Translations under genes and position numbers: made by a program | Shown here: piece by piece, positions 41,151 through 53,104 of the stretch | How the letters are laid out: each line of letters starts with the position of its first letter | Numbering within the stretch: the first letter of the stretch is position 1 | The notes under the pieces: generated by a model | Databases searched by the model: none | What the model was told of the DNA's origin: nothing | The model's input: the letters and a program-made list of their open reading frames with translations, nothing else | Assembly: GCF_006345805.1 (NCBI RefSeq) | Contig: NC_042997.1 | Span: 124,001 to 188,000 of the forward strand | DNA: 64,000 nt | Direction: 5' to 3' | DNA from: Octopus sinensis | Taxonomy: Eukaryota

Positions 41151-41279
41151 CTATACATACATTCATACATTTGTGTGTGTCTATATATACATACATAGGT
41201 GTGTGTACATGTGTTTGTGAATGTGTGCGCGCACGTATATGAGTGTGTAAAATACGGGCTAATCAAGACTGGAAACTGG

Positions 41280-42050
41280 TTTTATCTTAGATATCGTGTT
41301 TCACACCTAAAACGATTAAAAAGAGTTCTTTCATTATCAACAAAACGAATGTTGATAAGAATGTAGACTGATGTTTGCAGTTTATTATAAATTTTCATGA
41401 AATACTCAGCACAAAAGCACTTTTTAATTGAAAACGTGTGCCTGGTAAGCAGCATGTAAGTCTGAACGCCAGGCTGTATCTTTGAATTTGAAATATTTTT
41501 GCTCAAAGCATCAAAAGTTCCGCTTAGTGCTCGGAGAAAAAATACTGTGAATGTTGATATCTACAAATGTATAAAGCGACATCATAGTAGCTGCAAAAGC
41601 AGAGACAGTTAGAAGAGAGATCAAATAATCTAATTATTGAAACCTTCTTATTATTCAACTTTTGCGAATTAGTCGAATGGTTTTCTTTGTATTCAATCTA
41701 AGATGTTTGAGTCTGCAGGTGCTGTAGCGTTCCAGAAATTTTAAGGCCTTGAATTCGGTGGCAAATTTTGAATAAGTGCTTATCATTTTAGACTGACAAT
41801 TTACTTGGAATTTGGCAGTAGCATAGTATACCGTCGCCCCCATCCCTCAAATAAGCAGAAACATAAGTACGCGAACATATGAATTTTATAGAAAAAAATT
41901 TTCATAGTCGTGAAGAGTGAATATTACAGTTAAATAAATATGTCAAAAGGCTATTATACAACTGTAAAGAAGAAAAGAGTATCTTGTTCCAGCAACTACC
42001 TCTTCTGCCTCTTTTCAGATATATACTCCTTTGTATGTATGGCCAAAGCT
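41280..42050 (-). pseudogene. Fossil Penelope-like GIY-YIG region
   Basis: Minus strand YYATAK..STYSKFATEFK and KCFCAEYFMKIYNK..NERTLFNRFRCETRYL loosely match the PLE endonuclease and C-terminus. Confidence 0.4.
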
Positions 42051-42112
42051 GTATCTTCCGGAATACCCGATTATCAAATTAATTTACCCTAGAAACTCAT
42101 ATATATATATAT

Positions 42113-44785
42113 GATTCTTCCATCTTACCCATACTCCGCACCACATCTTACCGCCTTATGCGGGCCACCATTCGCTCCAACCTCTCCAAACTACATGCCA
42201 TCAACCGCCTTCTTCCTCCTGCTTTCTCCACCTTCTTCTCCTCTCTGCCGCCTCTCTATGCTCCAAACACGCTACGCTTCATTATCCATTTGAATCAACT
42301 CTTCCATCAATTTCTTTCTGATACCAAACTTCGTAAACTCCAATCACTCTTCCATTCCACCCTACCCGACGCCGCTACCCCAACTCCTCCACCACCCTTC
42401 TCCCCTCCCGATAGGCTCCATCCACCCACACCTAACCCCACTGCCCCTCCCTACAACCCCTTCTCCCGTCCCGTTAGGCTCCATCCACCTACACCTAACC
42501 CTACTGCCCCGCCCCCCCCGCACACCTCCCCAATCCCTCCCCCTCAGACCTCCACGAGACCTACCACCCCTCCTACTTCTATTCCACCCACCCCTTCTCC
42601 ACTTCCGTCTGTTGTTACCATTCCCCCCGATCTTCCCCTCTCTGCGGCTGAACGCTCCGTCCTTGGTAGGGGTCTGCGTTTCATCCCCCTCACTCCATCC
42701 TGTAAGGAATTCCAGACGCGAGTTGATGTCCACAGCTTTGTGCGCCGTGTCCGGTTGGGTGCGCATTACCACGACTCGCCACCCACACCCAACGAAGAGG
42801 ACGACTGCTTCACTGGCCTGGGCCGCCGACCATCCCCGTGGACGCCTGCCCCTGGCCAGATCCTAGCAGTGGATCTTTTCGCGGGCGCTTGTCAGCGTGC
42901 ATTGGAGCGGTTCAACTTCTCCAGGCGCCAACGCCGCCTCAACATCTCCCCGGCTGAGCTCTTGGCTCTTCGTTCCCTCCAACGGCGCGCTGACATTATC
43001 ATCAAACCGGCTGACAAGGGTGGAGCTGTAGTGGTGTGGCGCGCGGACCTCTATAGGGCCGAGGCTTTCCGCCAACTCAATGACACCTCCTTCTATTCCC
43101 CTCTGCCCTCTAACCCCACACGTAGCTACCAACAGACGGTATCCTCTACTGTCCAAGACCTCATCTCGTCCTCCCGTCTCCCCCGCACCGCATCCAACTA
43201 ATTGTGCGAACCCCACGTACCCCCACCGTTTACTTCCTCCCCCCAAAATCCACAAACCCAACAACCCTGGCCGCCCCATCGTCTCCGCCTGTAACTGCCC
43301 CACGGAGCTCATCTCTAAATACCTCGACCGTGTCCTTGCCCCCCTAGTGGCATCTCTTCCCTCCCACATCCACGATACCAACCATGCTCTCCGGCTTTTC
43401 AACTCTTTCTCCTTTCCTCCCGGCTCCTCCAAAATCCTTTTTACTATGGACATCCAAAGCCTCTATACTGTTATCCCTCACCACGAAGGACTGCAGGCCC
43501 TTCGACACTTTCTTGACCTCCGCTCTAACCCTGTACCTGACACCTCCACACTCATTCGTCTGGCCGAACTTGTCCTTACTCTGAACTGCTTCTCGTTCGC
43601 GGGCGAGTTCTACCATCAGGTCTCGGGAGTGGCCATGGGAACGCGAATGGGCCCCAACTATGCGAACCTGTTCGTTGGCTATGTTGAGGCCCAAATATTC
43701 TCTAATTTCACTGGTCCCACTCCTGAACTATATGGTCGTTATATTGACGACATTATCGGTGCCACCTCACTCTCCCGCGAACATCTAGATTCCTTCCTTC
43801 TTCTTTCGTCCAATCTTTCCATCCAGCCCTCCACTTCACTTCCACTATCTCCAACACCTCTGTCTCCTTCCTCGACATTTCGGTTAGCATTCTTCACTCC
43901 ACTCTTACCACCTCCATTCACTACAACACACAGACTCACACTCATACCTCAACTTCTCTTCCTCCCACCCAGAACACACCAAGCTTTCCATCCCCTATTC
44001 CCAATTCCTCCGTCTACGTAGGCTCTGTAGTGACGACCATGACTTTGAGACTCAGTCTCAACGTATGGCTCACCACTTCACCCTACGTGGATACCCCCTC
44101 ACCACTATCCACACCGCCCTTGCCAGAGCACGGTCCGTGGACCGTGTATCTACTCTCTCTCCCCGAACCCGCCCTGTAGTCTCCCGCCTCCCTTTTCCCC
44201 TCACTTACCACCCCACGACCCTACGTCTCCAACGCACCATTCTTCGAGCTTTCCGTCATCTCCAGTCCGACCCGTCCACTTCACACCTCTTCCCTAACCG
44301 ACCCCTCCCCTCTTTCAAACGAGCCCACAACCTTCGAGACCTTTTGGTCCGTAGCTCCTTCCCTGACCCTACCTCCCAACCCGGGTCCCCTTCTCCCTCT
44401 CCCGCCCACGTTGCCGCACTTGCCCTTACCTCTCCAACACCACCCGCCTCACTAGCACCCACCATCGACCCTATCCCATCATCCACTCCTTCACCTGCAC
44501 CTCCAGCAATATTATCTATTGCATCTCTTGCTCTCTCTGCAATTCCTTGTACATCGGACAAACGGGACGCCGCTTGGCTGACCGGTTCGCGGAACACCTT
44601 CGTGACATCCACCTTGCGAACGACACACCGGTCTCACGCCATTTCCGCTCCACCGGTCACTCCTTGCAACACCTATCTGTGTTCGGTTTGTCCTTACACA
44701 GAGGCCATCCGGATTCCCGTTTGCGCCGTGAACAGGAATTAATCTTCTCTCTTCGCTCTTATACGCCATTTGGTCTCAACTCTCC
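42113..44785 (+). pseudogene. Penelope-like RT + GIY-YIG endonuclease ORF broken by about four frameshifts
   Basis: IIKPADKGGAVVVW; PKIHKPNNPGRPIVSACNCPTE; FTMDIQSLYTVIPH; QVSGVAMGTRMGPNYANLF; RYIDDI; FLDISV; TDSHSYLNFSSSHP..SIPYSQFLRLRRLCS; RPRCRTCP; FTCTSSNIIYCISCSLCNSLYIGQTGRRLADRFAEHL; RREQELIFSL..PFGLN. Confidence 0.93.
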
Positions 44786-45149
44786 CCCCTCCTCATCTAA
44801 CCCCCCTCCCCCCCTCCTCACCTATCCTTTCTCCCCCCCGACCCCTACTTCTTCAGTCCTTCATCCTTTCACCCCTACTCCCCTTCCCTCCTTCCCTCTT
44901 TCTCCCTCCCTCTTCCCTTCCCTCTGCCCCTCACTCCCTCCCTCTCTCCTCTCTCTCTCCCCCTCCCCTCTTTCCTCCTTCATCCCCCTCCTCCCCTTCC
45001 TTCTCCCCATCTCTCCTCTTTGCCTTCTCCTCCCCCTCTTCTTTCCCTCCCCTTCTCTCCCCCTCTTCTCCCCATCCCCCTCTTCTCCTCACTACACCAC
45101 ATGACTTTACACATCACATCACATTGATGTGCCATACTAATACACACAC

Positions 45150-45470
45150 CAACCAATACATACTAATACGTACTAATACATACTAGTACATACTAATACT
45201 ACACCAACCCTATACATACACACGTCCAGACCCCGCATACGCACTTATACTCTCTCTCACCACACACACACACCTATACATACCAATACGTACTAATACA
45301 TACTAATACATACTAATACATACACCAACCCCATACATACGCACGTCCAGACCAATCCTACGCACTAATACTCTCTCATACACACACACACACACACACA
45401 CACCCTTATACATACTAATACATACACCAACCCTATACATACACACATCCAGACCCCTCCCACGCACTTT
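45150..45470 (+). repeat. Three degenerate tandem units (about 110-130 bp) in the Penelope 3' UTR
   Basis: ACACCAACCC(T/C)ATACATAC(A/G)CAC(G/A)TCCAGACC occurs three times, separated by TACTAATACA sub-repeats and (CA)n. Confidence 0.85.
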
Positions 45471-45639
45471 TAGCTGGTCCCTCAACCCATTTATCAACCC
45501 TATTATCTCCCCTTATTTCGCTCTCGCGTCTCATGTTTGATCTTTGACCTCTGGCCGAAATCAGATCGCCATGTTGATTCGTTAGCTACTGCACGCATTT
45601 TTTTCTCTCCTTCTTTCTGTGTTTTTCTCTCTCTGTGTA

Positions 45640-45677
45640 TCTTTCTGTTGAAGAGCGTAGGCTCGAAACGTTAAAGA
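45640..45677 (+). ncRNA. Candidate minimal type I hammerhead ribozyme, variant core
   Basis: Stem I UCUUU/AAAGA, core CUGUUGA plus an extra A, stem II GAGC-GUAG-GCUC, then GAAAC-GU-U. Located at a Penelope terminus. Confidence 0.65.
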
Positions 45678-47713
45678 CTTGTTTTATTTATATTTCCTGA
45701 GCGCCATACTAATACAATTGTTCGTTTGTTTTCCACCTGCCTTCGTCTTTTGTTTATTTTCATAAAGCTTCCCGTTATATATATATATATTATATATATA
45801 TATATAATATATATATATATAATCCCTGGAATGAATGTGTCTAATAATTCATGGAAGATTAACACATCTGATCAGTAAACGTCTGACATGGAGTAAAATT
45901 CTGAAATAGGGGACAATACTGACGGTTTGCATCACGAGTTAAATTTGAACACACAAACACACAGACACACACACACATATACATACACGCACACACGCTC
46001 ACACATGTAGAGGAGTTGATAGCTAAATAGATAGATAGATAGATACATACATACATACATTTAACTTTGATAACTTTGATAGGTTTCGGCCAGTATAGGC
46101 CTAGGCCATATCTAACTTAATAGCACCACCTGGTGGAGTCTTTTAATCACATATAGGGCACCATGGCTCACTCTAGCAAAGAGTTTTTATTGTTGGAGAC
46201 ATATCCGGATGTAGAAGGTTGATGCGGGATTTTTTGAAGAAATTTGTCCAGTGAACATTTGAATTTTACGGGATCCGTTTCCATTTTGACGTATTTTGGT
46301 ACCGGTTGAGCTAAAGTAATTGTGACGTAATGTTACTATGTGTGCCGAGTTCGATTTTTGTTGGTCTATCTCATTTTCAGACCAATTTTGTTTAGATTTT
46401 TGTAGTACATGCATCTGCAGTAAGCTTGGTACATAGATTGCTATTTTAAATGAATACTGCTTTTGTTGCACACAACAAACTTTTTATTCAGAGACGGCTA
46501 ATTGCAGCACCACTGAATTTTCAACCACTGCTCTTTCTATATTAGTGACGATAGATTGTGTGTTAGCATACGGTTGCAAGTGCGTACATACTACTGACGA
46601 AGCTCAAAGAAGCGACATCACCACCGTTGCTGATTTTCGTCTCTGAGTGGCATATTTTTGTGTCCTTTAACACTACGTCGACAAGGACGAATACCGAAGT
46701 TAATTTGGCTTTCCTTGTATCTGCTATGATATCCGGATTGTTTATCTCTGATTCTAATTTTTTTGTCTGTGTGTCAGTCTCCGTCTCTATCTCACAGTCT
46801 CTCTCACTCACTCTCGCTCTCCACATACATACAGACACACAGACACAGACATACACACACACACACATACACACGTACACGCGCACACACACACACACAC
46901 TCATTCACACAGAGGCACGCACATGTATTTTATTACATTGATCCTAGAGTTCTCAAGTGGAACATATAAATCAAAATATGGATTTAAATTAACAAAGTAT
47001 ATATGTTGCTGTGTGCGTGAGTGAGTCTGTATGTCTGTGTGTATATGCGTGTGTGCGCGCGTCAGTATATGTATATATATGTGTGTGTGTGTGTATTTCT
47101 GCGTGTGTATATATATATATGTATGTATGTGTATGTGTGTGTGTGTGTATGTGCGCGTATGTATGTGTGTGCGCGCGCATGTGTCTGTAAGGTTTTATTA
47201 TTGACTATTCGGATTCTTCCTGTAAAGGAAATTATAATTTCTAACTGCGAACCACTCCGCCGTCACTATTATTTAAAGAAATGGTGAACGGGTATAAACT
47301 GGATTTTAGAGACATCAGAAATATCGTTATAGTTTCAGTTATAGATTGTACTTGCAAAGTGAGAGTTACTTGGTTCCAGTCTTTGATAATTCCGGATTTT
47401 GAGGTTTTGAGAAACCTAACTTGCTTATGACATTAAGTCACAAAGACAGATGTTCCAATTCCTATATGATGTTATTTAAGCTTGTGTGCATATTATGATA
47501 GATATATGTAGAAGGGTATCCCTAGATATTGGCAGTACTTATAAAAGTTATAGTTCAAGACTTGTTTTAGATTAGCAATAAACATACCATTTTTTTAGAT
47601 AAATGGAATCATATCACAGAAACGCTACCTCCGCCTCCACAAAATCTAAAGTAAGAACAATTACCTTCACCGAACCCTCCACATAAATATATCTTATATA
47701 CACACACAATATA

Positions 47714-47819
<106 letters not shown>

Positions 47820-47894
47820 AATAATATATAATATATGTATATATACATACATATATGTACATACCTACATATATATCTATATATACATACACAT

Positions 47895-48400
47895 ATGGTT
47901 ACAGGACATCAAAAAAATCGTTGAACACAACGAGAAACGAAAACATAAAAACAAAAACATAGAAACGAACTTTTTTTTAAACCAATTGAAAAAACAGAGA
48001 AACGAGACATACAACACACGGAATAATCCCCTTCTTCAGTTGTTCCTGTTTCATCTACTCCGCGTTCGAAGGTAAGGACAAGACGCGACTCCGTTGAAAC
48101 AATCCTTCCCGCAAAGCAAATTAAATAATATTTGGGATTTTTTGCAGAGGGTGAAAGTGGTAACAAGGACAGGACAGTAAGAACAAAACAGTAAAAACAG
48201 TAAAAGACAGACAGGTAAGCTGGCTTGGTCTTTGTGAAGATAGTAGTCGGAAAGATGGCTACCCTCTGATCACGTGTCAGCGACGAGAGAATCGAGGAGG
48301 AGGAGGATTAAGAGAGAGGGAACGGTGAGGGGAGAGGAGAAGAATAGGGAAGGGTGGGAGAGAAAACCAGAAGGATGAATAACAAGCGAGGGAAAAAGAT
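47895..48400 (-). repeat. Pyrimidine-rich interspersed repeat related to 23660-24245
   Basis: Minus strand TC-rich leader, CTCTCGTCGCTGACACGTGATCA motif and T-rich tail, embedded between (TA)n tracts. Confidence 0.5.
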
Positions 48401-48401
48401 A

Positions 48402-48453
<52 letters not shown>

Positions 48454-48551
48454 ATATATATAATTTAAAGCAAAAATCCAGGGTAGTCAAATGTTGCTTA
48501 AGTTTCGCAGGATTAAAATCCATGATAGTAAGTCGTATTTAGTAGAAAATA

Positions 48552-49033
48552 GGAAAATTGAATAAGCAGACGAACGCTCGGGATGTTGTCAAACCATTTA
48601 TATCGTGAAGTCTTCTACACGTGTTTTGAGGGATGCCTTCCAAAATGTCCGACAGGATAAATTATGGTCAAACAATGCATCAAAATCATTAGGAAAGATA
48701 TAAATAACAAACTCATCAAACAATATACGTCTGTGTTTTTTTGTTTTTTGTAGGTATATAATGTTTATATTTACACATCACATATTTGAGTGTGTGTACG
48801 CGTGTGTGCATATGAATATAATTACGTTACATTTTATAGGACTTTCTATTTCTGTTAACATGTCTGTTTGATAAGTTTGCTTTTTATATCCTTTCAGATG
48901 AGTTTGATGCATTGCTGACCATAATTTATCCTGTCGGACATTTTTGGAGTGCATCCGTCGAAACATATGTAGAAGAATTTAAGATAAATGGTTTAACAAC
49001 ATTCCGAGAGTTCTCTTCCCTATTCAATTTTCC
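48552..49033. mobile_element. Long-TIR MITE / fold-back element with TA flanks
   Basis: TA|GGAAAATTGAATA ... TATTCAATTTTCC|TA. Arms of about 170 bp (48552-48722 and 48865-49033) are inverted copies, including an exact AAAATGTCCGACAGGATAAATTATGGTCA block. Confidence 0.85.
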
Positions 49034-49036
49034 TAC

Positions 49037-49123
<87 letters not shown>

Positions 49124-49133
49124 TACATACATA

Positions 49134-49512
49134 GTGTGGTAAGTAGCTTGCTAACCAACCACATGGTTCTGGGTTCAGTCCCACTGCGTGGCATCTTGGG
49201 CAAGTGTCTTCTGCTATAGCCCCGGGCTGACCAATGCCTTGTGAGTGGATTTGGTAGACGGAAACTGAAAGAAACCTGTCGTATATATGTATATATATAT
49301 GTGTGTGTGTGTGTGTCTATGTATTTGTGTGTCTGTGTTTGTTCCCCTAGCATTGCTTGACAACCGATGTTGATGTGTTTACGTCCCCGTCACTTAGCGG
49401 TTCGGCAAAAGAGACCGATAGAATAAGTACTGGGCTTACAAAGAAGATTTGCTCGACTAAAGGTGGTGCTCCAGCATGGCCGCAGTCAAATGACTGAAAC
49501 AAACAAAAGAGT
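49134..49512 (+). mobile_element. SINE with internal microsatellite (copy D)
   Basis: Same blocks as copy C, lacking the first head bases and part of the 3' block. Follows (CA)n. Confidence 0.92.
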
Positions 49513-50868
49513 ATATATATATATGTATATATACATACACATATATACGTACGTATTTATATATATATATTTATATATATATACACATATATACGTAGAT
49601 ACATCTATAGATGGGTGAGTGTGTGTATGTGTGTATGTGTATAAATTTGTGTCTCCATGCATATACATATTTATATGTTAATTACGTATGCATGCCTTTT
49701 TTATGTATATATATATATATATATATATGCACACACACATTCGTGTATGCATGCATTGAATTTCTATTAGTTGGTTATTTATACATATCCATATACGTAC
49801 GTTTTGGCTCTAATGTAACATTTTTCTTTTTAACACAATATAGGTTTGTGTATATATGTAAGTGGGTGTATGTGTGACCATGTGTTAGAGCGTAAATGTG
49901 TGTGCGACAAATAGAAGTACCAAGATAATGACGTTTGTAATACAAATATATGTCTCAGTGCATGTATGTATGTATATGCCTATATATTTATGCATTAATT
50001 TGTAGTGGATGAGTAATTCAGCGTGAGTGAGCTAGCCTCCTGTTATGCGAATACATATTTCATTGTTATTTTGTATCTACAAGCTGTTTTGTATGTATCT
50101 GCGAGAGAAAGAACATCTTTCTCTATGAAGAATGATTTGCTTAATAGTATATTATATTAAAATATGCAAATATGCTTACGAAAGTGTGAGTGTGTTTATC
50201 AGTCGGATGATTTACATACATTGATATTGATGGTCGTTTTTAGGTCTATATTTTTACAATTTTAATATATTCTCGAGGTGGATATAAGTTTTGTATTTAG
50301 TAAAACATAAAATAAATATATATATGGATTATTGGTGTCTGTTTATATGTGTATGTACGTATGTATGTATAGGAAAAGGGAGAAAAAGAAAAAAGAAAGA
50401 GAGAAAGAAGGAGAAACAGAGAGATACATATGTGGACATATGTAGTTGCAATACATAAAATATATCTGTGGATATCCTGCTGTATTTCTATATATATATA
50501 CATACGCATATATGTTTATGTGTGTCTGTGTATATATATATCTTGCAATTTATTATGTTTACACCATTCATATTTAAAAAAAAAAATTCTCCTGGTATAA
50601 AAAATGTAGAAAGAATCATGAAGTCAACACAAGCAAAGATTACGAAGTGATTTTTCATTAAAAACTATCGAATATTATATATTCACAAATTTCCAGAAAT
50701 TGATAAATGTCTTCCAATATCATATTTTTTCAACGTGAAAATGTTACTCCTTTTCTCGCTGTTTTATTCTATAGACTTTATATTACAGAAGCGTTTTTGA
50801 CATAGTAAGTATCGGCGAACGGATTCTTGGTAAATGTATTTTATACAATGAAACAATTATATTCAGTA

Positions 50869-51295
50869 CTAGCAGCATAGCCCGGCGTTTCCCGGGTATG
50901 TAAGAGCCCCTAGTAGGCAACGACTAATCCCAATCTAGTCCTTTCCCTCTAGGGAACGAAGGCGCATGTGTAGGTTGCAATGTCTTCTCTTCACTCGAAT
51001 ACTTCTCTGTATACGATGTTCCTAGCTGTCCCTAGCTGTCGAGTTGTGTCCCCTAGACAGAAAATGTGTTGCATATAAAAAGCTTAGATTCTCGACCCCA
51101 TGTCGAATTTATCGATTTTTTTAGAATTGGGAGAACTTTTCAAATTTTCGCTGCGTTAGTTTTGAATTATGACATTGGGCTATGTGTGTGTCAAGTTTCA
51201 TTAGAATCGGTTGAAAGCCGTGGTCAGGGTGAGGGTACAACCTGACAGACACACAGACACACAGACAGACAAACTGCCGTTTATATATAGAGAGA
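50869..51295 (-). mobile_element. Complete non-autonomous Helitron
   Basis: Minus strand 5' A^TCTCTCTATATATAAACGGCAG, subterminal (TGTC)n, 3' hairpin CCCGG-GAAACG-CCGGG (50881-50896) and CTAG^T. All four Helitron hallmarks are present. Confidence 0.88.
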
Positions 51296-51301
51296 TATAT
51301 A

Positions 51302-51516
51302 CGAGGTGGTGCTGAAAAGTTTCTGGCTTTAAGGGTTTCACGAAGGGCCTAGTTTGAGACGTGACCTTCCAAATTCTTTTACAGGGTTTAGAAAAACTGA
51401 ATGATTGTTGCAATAACTCTCGGAATCCGAGAGGGGGATACATTGAATAAAATGGTAATTAACTGCTTCTTGTATTTTCTTTTACCCAAAGCCAGGAACT
51501 TTTCACTATCTCCTGG
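51302..51516. mobile_element. Mariner-derived MITE
   Basis: TA|CGAGGTGGTGCTGAAAAGTTTCTGGCTTT ... AAAGCCAGGAACTTTTCACTATCTCCTGG|TA. Confidence 0.85.
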
Positions 51517-53104
51517 TAACATCTATCTCCATTTGGTTTAGATTGTTCTCAGAACGATGATTAAAATTTTGAAATTTAATAAATTTTAGAATGAAATTTG
51601 GACGAACAAGTTTTTAGAGCCCCACTTGTTTTTTTTTTAATTATATTTAGAACTGAGTGATGTAGCGAGCTGGCATTAATTTACAACATCAATCTACTGC
51701 GGTAATGTGATCAACGTTGAACTGCCTACCTAAAAAAGTTTCGTTTTACGGGGACGAAGTTTGTTTTTCTTTATTGCAATGAGATAGAAGAAATATTTAT
51801 TACAAATTTAAAGCGTTTTCAGTTTTGAACTTTCATGTATTTTTGGCTTGTTAGAGATAATGTGGTTTTAGTATCTGTGAACTAAATTGAAACTATTTAA
51901 TGGCAGTTCAAAAACAAAGCTCAAATTTGTGTTAGTGCGCAAATGGCAATACTTGCATCATTTTTAATTAATCGTTCAATTAATATTGGAATTTGTTATT
52001 GCGCAATGAAAGCAATTAATCAACACAAATTTCTTCTTTATGGAGGTGTTTATGTTAATTAACATTTGTAGTCCTCACACGAGCTGCAACCTACGCTGAG
52101 TGTCCCCAGGTTAATGAATATAGGAGCGGAATGTAGTAAGACAGTTAAATGCCGTTTACCTGAGTAGGCACTGGTGCTAAATTACACATTATGAGACGCT
52201 TAAAGACGAGGCATCTGAATCGAAATAGGACCCAAGAGTGACGTAATAGAGTTCGCCAACAAATATATCCATTCACCACAATTTGGTGGGTTTCATTAGA
52301 CTTGATAGGTAACACGTCTTATTGAAAATCCTTCTATTATAGAACACATACATTCGAAATGACTACAGTCATGTTAAATCAATAATGGCTGTGTAAGTGT
52401 GAAGTTTTCTTCAAGTACAGACAGGGAGACGAATCTTGATAGTAATAGTGAAGAGGCTTTGGATAACATGTATGTCTCGGAACAACAGGCTGTAAAATTG
52501 TTGATCGGAAGCAAAATCATCACCACTCTATATAACTAAATAGCTCACAACATGGGGACCACTTCTTTCTCATACCGGTCCGGAATCTGAGCTAAAACAT
52601 TCTTCTGTTCCATTCAGAACGGATAACAGTGTCTACAAATATTCTTTTCAGCGGGGGAGACCGATTTTTGATATGAATTAGTACGCTGAAAAAAAAAAAA
52701 AGGATTATGTGAAGTGTATTAAAATCTGGCACTTTGATAACCTACGAAGGTGTGTGACCCACAGAGTTCCTTTTTGTTACATTTCAGTTGTAGAAGAATG
52801 TTGTCTGCAACGAGCGTGTATTTTGTCGAAACAGAGAAACCGTTGGTATATTTGCAGTTAAAGAATTGTAGAAATCGGGAGGATATCATAGTTACTCATC
52901 TAAATAGATTGCATCACATAATGGTTTAGCACGTATTGCTAATTGTACTCTGCTGACTCATTCAGTGAATCGGTGGTTTATTTTCAGAACATTACGGAAA
53001 CGTTTGATTCCACGATCAATCTGAAGAACTGGAGATTGGTTTCAGCTACCTTTAGTTATTGTCTATACACCATCACAAACCAAGACTCAATACACTCCAA
53101 ATTG

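Larger units (their letters stand above)
42113..45775 (+). mobile_element. Young 5'-truncated Penelope-like retroelement (Neptune-like) with 3' UTR and pLTR
   Basis: GC-rich block between (AT)n tracts, containing the RT/GIY-YIG region, a TC-rich tract, tandem repeats and a hammerhead-like terminus. Confidence 0.93.

Noticed and set aside
42362-44769. Minus-strand and alternate-frame ORFs over the Penelope element
   Set aside because: Shadow ORFs of a GC-rich coding region.
45150-45470. Repeat-spacer pattern resembling a CRISPR array
   Set aside because: The spacers are themselves repetitive and related, the context is a eukaryotic retroelement, and there are no cas genes.
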